Shown piece after piece: positions 60,135-64,000 of a stretch of 64,000 nt of DNA (positions are counted from its first letter, which is position 1; the number at the start of each line of letters is the position of its first letter). The stretch comes from Myxococcota bacterium. Lineage in GTDB: Bacteria > Myxococcota_A > UBA9160 > UBA4427. Below the pieces are notes generated by a model. It saw only the letters and a program-made list of their open reading frames with translations, searched no databases and had not been told where the DNA came from. The stretch covers positions 352,001 to 416,000 of the forward strand of contig OZ252299.1 in NCBI GenBank assembly GCA_965250285.1, written 5' to 3'. The position numbers and the translations under genes are program-made.

Positions 60135-60722
60135 TTGAAGACCACCCCCGAAGAATCCGACCGCCTGCGCGGCTGGCTCGGCGACGGCCTCATCTCGGCC
60201 TCTCGTCAGCTGAGCGACGCGCACTCGGCCGAGACCCGAGTGCACGTGCTGCACGCCCGGGCGTTTCCGCTCGATCAGTTCGGCGAGCTGGGCCTGCATG
60301 GGGACGAAGACGATCTCGTCGCCGGCGCCCTCACCGCCTGTCGCGGTGACCTTTCGGGCGCCGCGCTGCTCCACATGGATCCCGAGGCTGCGCTCGCGTG
60401 GTCGCGCGCGCTGGCGCCCGGCGCGGACGCGATCGCCACCTTCCTCGGTGCCGGCGACGTCCTGCTCGGCTCGGTGATCCGCGCTGCGAGTGACGTGCTC
60501 GGGCTCCCGACCGAGCTCGGCGCGTGCCAGCTGGTCGAGGACACCCTCGGCGGTTGTCTGCTCGCGACCCATGCCCCGCCCGACACGGTGCTGATCGGCG
60601 CCAAGCTGGTCGTCGAGACCGGCGCAGAAGGGGCCGCCGACGAGCAGACGCACGACGCCACGTTCCATCTGCTGCTCGACGGCAAGCTCGTCGGCGCGAT
60701 GCTGCAGACGATCGTCGAGTAG
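60135..60722 (+). CDS. Hypothetical, degenerate CheC-like protein
   Basis: GGAGG RBS and TTG start; GLISASRQLS...GDLSGAALLHMDPEAA...LLGSVIRAASDVLG pattern resembles CheC/CheX. Confidence 0.55.
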   Translation: MKTTPEESDRLRGWLGDGLISASRQLSDAHSAETRVHVLHARAFPLDQFGELGLHGDEDDLVAGALTACRGDLSGAALLHMDPEAALAWSRALAPGADAIATFLGAGDVLLGSVIRAASDVLGLPTELGACQLVEDTLGGCLLATHAPPDTVLIGAKLVVETGAEGAADEQTHDATFHLLLDGKLVGAMLQTIVE

Positions 60723-60812
60723 CCCGGGTTTCCGAGCGCGCGCGAAGCTCGTCGACCGGGTGCGCGCGTGCCGGCTCGGCAGCGCGGCACAGCTCGCGTA
60801 TCGTCCGCACCC

Positions 60813-61427
60813 ATGATCTATTGGATCCGCCACGGTGAGACGCCGGGCAACCGCGACCGTCGGGTCCAGGTGCCCGAGACGCCTCTGTCGGATCGCGGTC
60901 TCGCTCAGGCGGCCCGTCTGGGCGAGCGCCTGCGAGATGCAGGGCTGGTGCGCCTGCTCTCGAGCGACCTCGCCCGGGCGCGCATGACCGCCGAGGCGGT
61001 TGCCGCGACCACGGGCCTCGCGCCCGAGCTGCACGACGTCTACCAGGAGCGCAACTTCGGCGATCTGCGCGGCACGCTCTACGCCGACCTCGAGTTCGAT
61101 CTATTCGGCCCCGACGTCGAGCCGCCGGCCGGCGAGTCGTGGCCGGTATTTCACGCGCGGGCCGACCGGGCGTGGACGCATGCGCTCGCGGCCGCTGCCG
61201 AGGCCGAAGGCCCGATCGCGGTCGTGACCCACGGTCTGGTCCTCGGCTCGGTGCTCGGGCGATCCGTCGGGGGCGGCGATGGGCCGATGCACTTCGGCAA
61301 CACGTCGGTCTCGATCACGGTCCCGGCCGACGATCGGCCGAGCGGCTGGCGGCTCGAGCTGCTCGACTGCACCGAGCACCTCGACGCGGCGATGGCCGAT
61401 GATGCCGGGGGCATTTCGGGGATCTGA
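60813..61427 (+). CDS. Histidine phosphatase (phosphoglycerate-mutase family)
   Basis: IRHGET, SSDLARARMTA, ERNFGDLRG, GES, VVTHG, NTSVS. Confidence 0.92.
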   Translation: MIYWIRHGETPGNRDRRVQVPETPLSDRGLAQAARLGERLRDAGLVRLLSSDLARARMTAEAVAATTGLAPELHDVYQERNFGDLRGTLYADLEFDLFGPDVEPPAGESWPVFHARADRAWTHALAAAAEAEGPIAVVTHGLVLGSVLGRSVGGGDGPMHFGNTSVSITVPADDRPSGWRLELLDCTEHLDAAMADDAGGISGI

Positions 61428-61538
61428 GGGCGCGCGTCTCGTGGCGCGGGGCGGTCCGTCGGGACTCTGCGCTTCGCCTCGAAGCGGGCGCGGGGCGCCG
61501 CCGATGAACTGCGCCCGGCCGGTCGGCCGGCAGCGGGA

Positions 61539-62708
61539 TCAGTCCTCGCCGAGTAGGCCGCCCACGTCGCGCCGCGTGAAGAGCATGAAGCACACGTTCT
61601 CTTCGACGTCGCAGTCCTCTGTGTCCTCTTCGACCGAAACGAACTCGTACTGCTCGCTGTGGTAGTAGAGGCATTCGAGGTCGAGCAGCCGCGCCATCGT
61701 GACGAGGATCGGCTGCTGCCAGACCGTCCAGTTGTGGTAGTCGAACAGCGCACGCTCGCCGGTCTCGTCCGAAGCTTCGAGATGGAAGTGCATGAGGTTC
61801 GTGAACGGGTTCGGTTCGCCGTCGGGCTCTTCGACGAGCTCGACGTCGAAGCCCGCGTCCTCCATCTCGGGCCGCGACATGTCGTCGGTGCCGCCCATCT
61901 CGGTCACCGTCACGAGCTGAGGGACCTCGAGCATGAAGTAGTCGACGTTGCGCGTCGCCACGTCGAGCAGCTTGTAGAGCTGTTTCGCGTCGAACAGGTG
62001 ATGGCTCTGCTTGCCGATCAGGCTGAGGCTCTCGCCCTTCGACAGGCTCTTGACCTGCTGCCAGAACGATTCGTCGAGGATGTCGTTGACGAGGTAGTGC
62101 TTCTCGGTCTGGTCGAGCCAGGGTTGGGCGAGGACCTTCTCCTTCGCCTTCTCGTCGAGGTCGGCCATCACGTACTGGTACTCGGGGAAGCGGAAGTGCC
62201 CCTCGTACGAGAAGTCGGCCGTGCCGGCCATCGGCTCGATGATCGTGCCGACGTTGCGGCAGAGCCTGGTCGCGACGAAGTCTTCGACGCCGAACTCGAA
62301 GGTGCCCAGCACCGAAGCGTAGACCGCGTAGGGGTCGAGCTGATCGAGGCCCCCCTCGAGGTACGCGCGCACGTAGTCGTAGTCGACCTTGAAGGGCGAG
62401 TCATACGACTTCATCCAACCGAAGTCGGTGAAGTCGTGGAACCCCTCGCTGGCGATCGAGCGCCAGTAGTCGAGGCGCTTCTTCTTCTTCTTGATCTTGG
62501 AGTTGTTCGCCTTGAAGCCCCGCAGGACGCAGGGGTGCATGCGGGCGACGATCCGCTTTCGTTCGGGCTTCTCGAGCTTGTCGAGGCGGCAGTCGGCCTG
62601 AAGCGCGATCCAGTCGGGCTTCGACTCTTCGCCCGATTCGATCGCGGAGAGGATCCGATCCAGCGCTTGCCATGATCGGGCCACGCGCGTCCGCTGCTTG
62701 ATCTCCAT
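61539..62708 (-). CDS. Hypothetical protein with class I SAM-methyltransferase-like core
   Basis: 389 aa; IIEPMAGTA (motif I), YVMADLD (II), LVNDIL (III), QSHHLF (IV). Confidence 0.65.
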   Translation of the reverse strand: MEIKQRTRVARSWQALDRILSAIESGEESKPDWIALQADCRLDKLEKPERKRIVARMHPCVLRGFKANNSKIKKKKKRLDYWRSIASEGFHDFTDFGWMKSYDSPFKVDYDYVRAYLEGGLDQLDPYAVYASVLGTFEFGVEDFVATRLCRNVGTIIEPMAGTADFSYEGHFRFPEYQYVMADLDEKAKEKVLAQPWLDQTEKHYLVNDILDESFWQQVKSLSKGESLSLIGKQSHHLFDAKQLYKLLDVATRNVDYFMLEVPQLVTVTEMGGTDDMSRPEMEDAGFDVELVEEPDGEPNPFTNLMHFHLEASDETGERALFDYHNWTVWQQPILVTMARLLDLECLYYHSEQYEFVSVEEDTEDCDVEENVCFMLFTRRDVGGLLGED

Positions 62709-62792
62709 GCCAGCTCGTCTCCGGCCGCTCGTTCCATCGGCCGTTCGTGGGGAGTGCGGTGCCTCGACGGGGCGGCCGCTCGATCGAGTCGC

Positions 62793-63062
62793 CTAGCCGG
62801 CGGCCTCCTCGGCGCGGCGTTTCTCGTAGTCGTCGAGATAGGCCTGCAGCGAGACGTGCACCTGACGCGCGACGTCACCCCGCCAGCCCTGGATGGCCGA
62901 CAATACGAGGAATGCCTGCGCCGCCATCGCGTCGGCGCCCTTTTCTTTGATGACTTCGAGTGCTTGCTCGGCTGCGCCGACCACCGACCCGTGCGGACAC
63001 TGTCGCGTCACGGCAGTGATCGCTTCGACCACGCCGAGGATGCGCTCTTCCCCGTCGCTCAT
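62793..63062 (-). CDS. Small hypothetical helical protein (89 aa)
   Basis: MSDGEERILGVVEAITAVTRQCPHGSVV...IQGWRGDVARQVHVSLQAYLDD; natural amino-acid composition, co-oriented with the next gene. Confidence 0.6.
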   Translation of the reverse strand: MSDGEERILGVVEAITAVTRQCPHGSVVGAAEQALEVIKEKGADAMAAQAFLVLSAIQGWRGDVARQVHVSLQAYLDDYEKRRAEEAAG

Positions 63063-63394
63063 GCGGCGCATCATATCGCAGAAGCGCGCGCGTGGTGCCG
63101 CGGATTCGAAGTTCGACGCAGTCCGCACACGATGCGGCGGGCTCGAAGTTCGGCCCGGCCCCGCGAGTGATGCAGGCATTGGTGGCGGGCGAGCGCCCCG
63201 AAGTGGTGCTTCGCGTCGGCACCCTCCGTACTCTCCGAGCGGTCGAACTCGTTGCACCACGAACCACGAGAAGGCGGAGGCCGCCGACAAAGCCGGCGCC
63301 TCGGGGAGAGCGCATGGGGATCAATCAGCGGCATGGGTCGCGCCGGCGGCGTACGGAGCGACGAGCCGCGATCCGCACGGGGAGCGTGCGATGC

Positions 63395-64000
63395 ATGCTG
63401 CACGTCTGCCTTCGGGTGTGCGGTGTGTCGCTCATCGTGCTCGCCCTCGTCTCGAACGCGTCGAGTCAGAACTTCGACTCGGTCGAGATCACCGTGACGC
63501 CGCTGCGGAGCGGTCTCTCGATGATGACGGGCGCCGGAGGCAACCTGCTCGTCTCGACGGGCGACGACGGCGTGCTCGTCGTCGACGATCAGTACGCGCC
63601 GATGGCGCCGAAGATCCGCGCTGCGGTCGAGCGGATGAGCGCGTCGCCGATCCGGTGGGTGATCAACACGCACTGGCACGGGGATCATACCGGTGGCAAC
63701 CAGGCGATGGCCGAAGCCGGCGCCGTGATCGTTGCGCACGACAACGTGCGCGTGCGGATGAGCAGTGAGCAGTTCATCGCCGCCCTGGGTCGACGCGTGC
63801 CGCCGTCGCCGGTCGAGGCCCTGCCGGTCGTGACGTTCAGCGAGGCGATGTCGCTCCACTTCAATGGTCAGGAGCTGCGGGTGCACCACGTGGCTCCGGC
63901 CCACACCGATGGCGACGCCATCATTCACGTGCGCGACGCGAACGTGCTCCACACCGGCGATCTCTTCTTCAACGGTTTCTATCCGTTCTTCGACTCTTCG
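63395..64000 (+). CDS. Secreted MBL-fold metallo-hydrolase (cyclase/CphA-like), 3' truncated by window
   Basis: Read manually: signal peptide, GAGGN, VVDDQY, INTHWHGDHTGGN, AHTDGD, HTGDLFF. Confidence 0.9.
   Translation, partial: MLHVCLRVCGVSLIVLALVSNASSQNFDSVEITVTPLRSGLSMMTGAGGNLLVSTGDDGVLVVDDQYAPMAPKIRAAVERMSASPIRWVINTHWHGDHTGGNQAMAEAGAVIVAHDNVRVRMSSEQFIAALGRRVPPSPVEALPVVTFSEAMSLHFNGQELRVHHVAPAHTDGDAIIHVRDANVLHTGDLFFNGFYPFFDSS

Overview
A very GC-rich, densely coding bacterial chromosomal segment with about 51 protein genes. I found no rRNA, tRNA, CRISPR array, integrase or transposase. A Myxococcota/deltaproteobacterial-like host is only an inference from the gene repertoire. Housekeeping genes are purB, large-type purL, topA, surE, glpD and galM. 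They are interleaved with many lipid/acyl-CoA catabolic genes: two P450s behind a TetR, enoyl-CoA hydratase, thioesterase, a two-subunit acyl-CoA carboxylase, an APH-family kinase, esterase, ALDH, and an 8-gene operon (heteromeric ACAD pair, alpha/beta-fold protein, Cys-less thiolase, DUF35, PHP, MaoC pair). Signalling genes include a PilB/GspE-like ATPase, a sensor kinase with a sigma54 response regulator, a REC-PilZ protein and a CheC-like protein. The most notable observations are: (1) an unannotated promoter, 66-codon leader ORF, antiterminator and intrinsic terminator cassette (57.4-56.98 kb, minus strand) that looks like a ribosome-sensing attenuator controlling an unknown small membrane protein; (2) an orphan amino-acid-binding lipoprotein next to a receptor-shaped 2-TM/coiled-coil protein with an unrecognised output domain; (3) the igr-like acyl-CoA operon carrying a Ser-less hydrolase and a PHP gene; (4) an in-frame amber codon splitting the histidine kinase; (5) a 34-aa internally deleted VOC gene. 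All calls are from motif reading only; no database searches were run. Most long ORFs in the supplied track are antisense or off-frame shadows.
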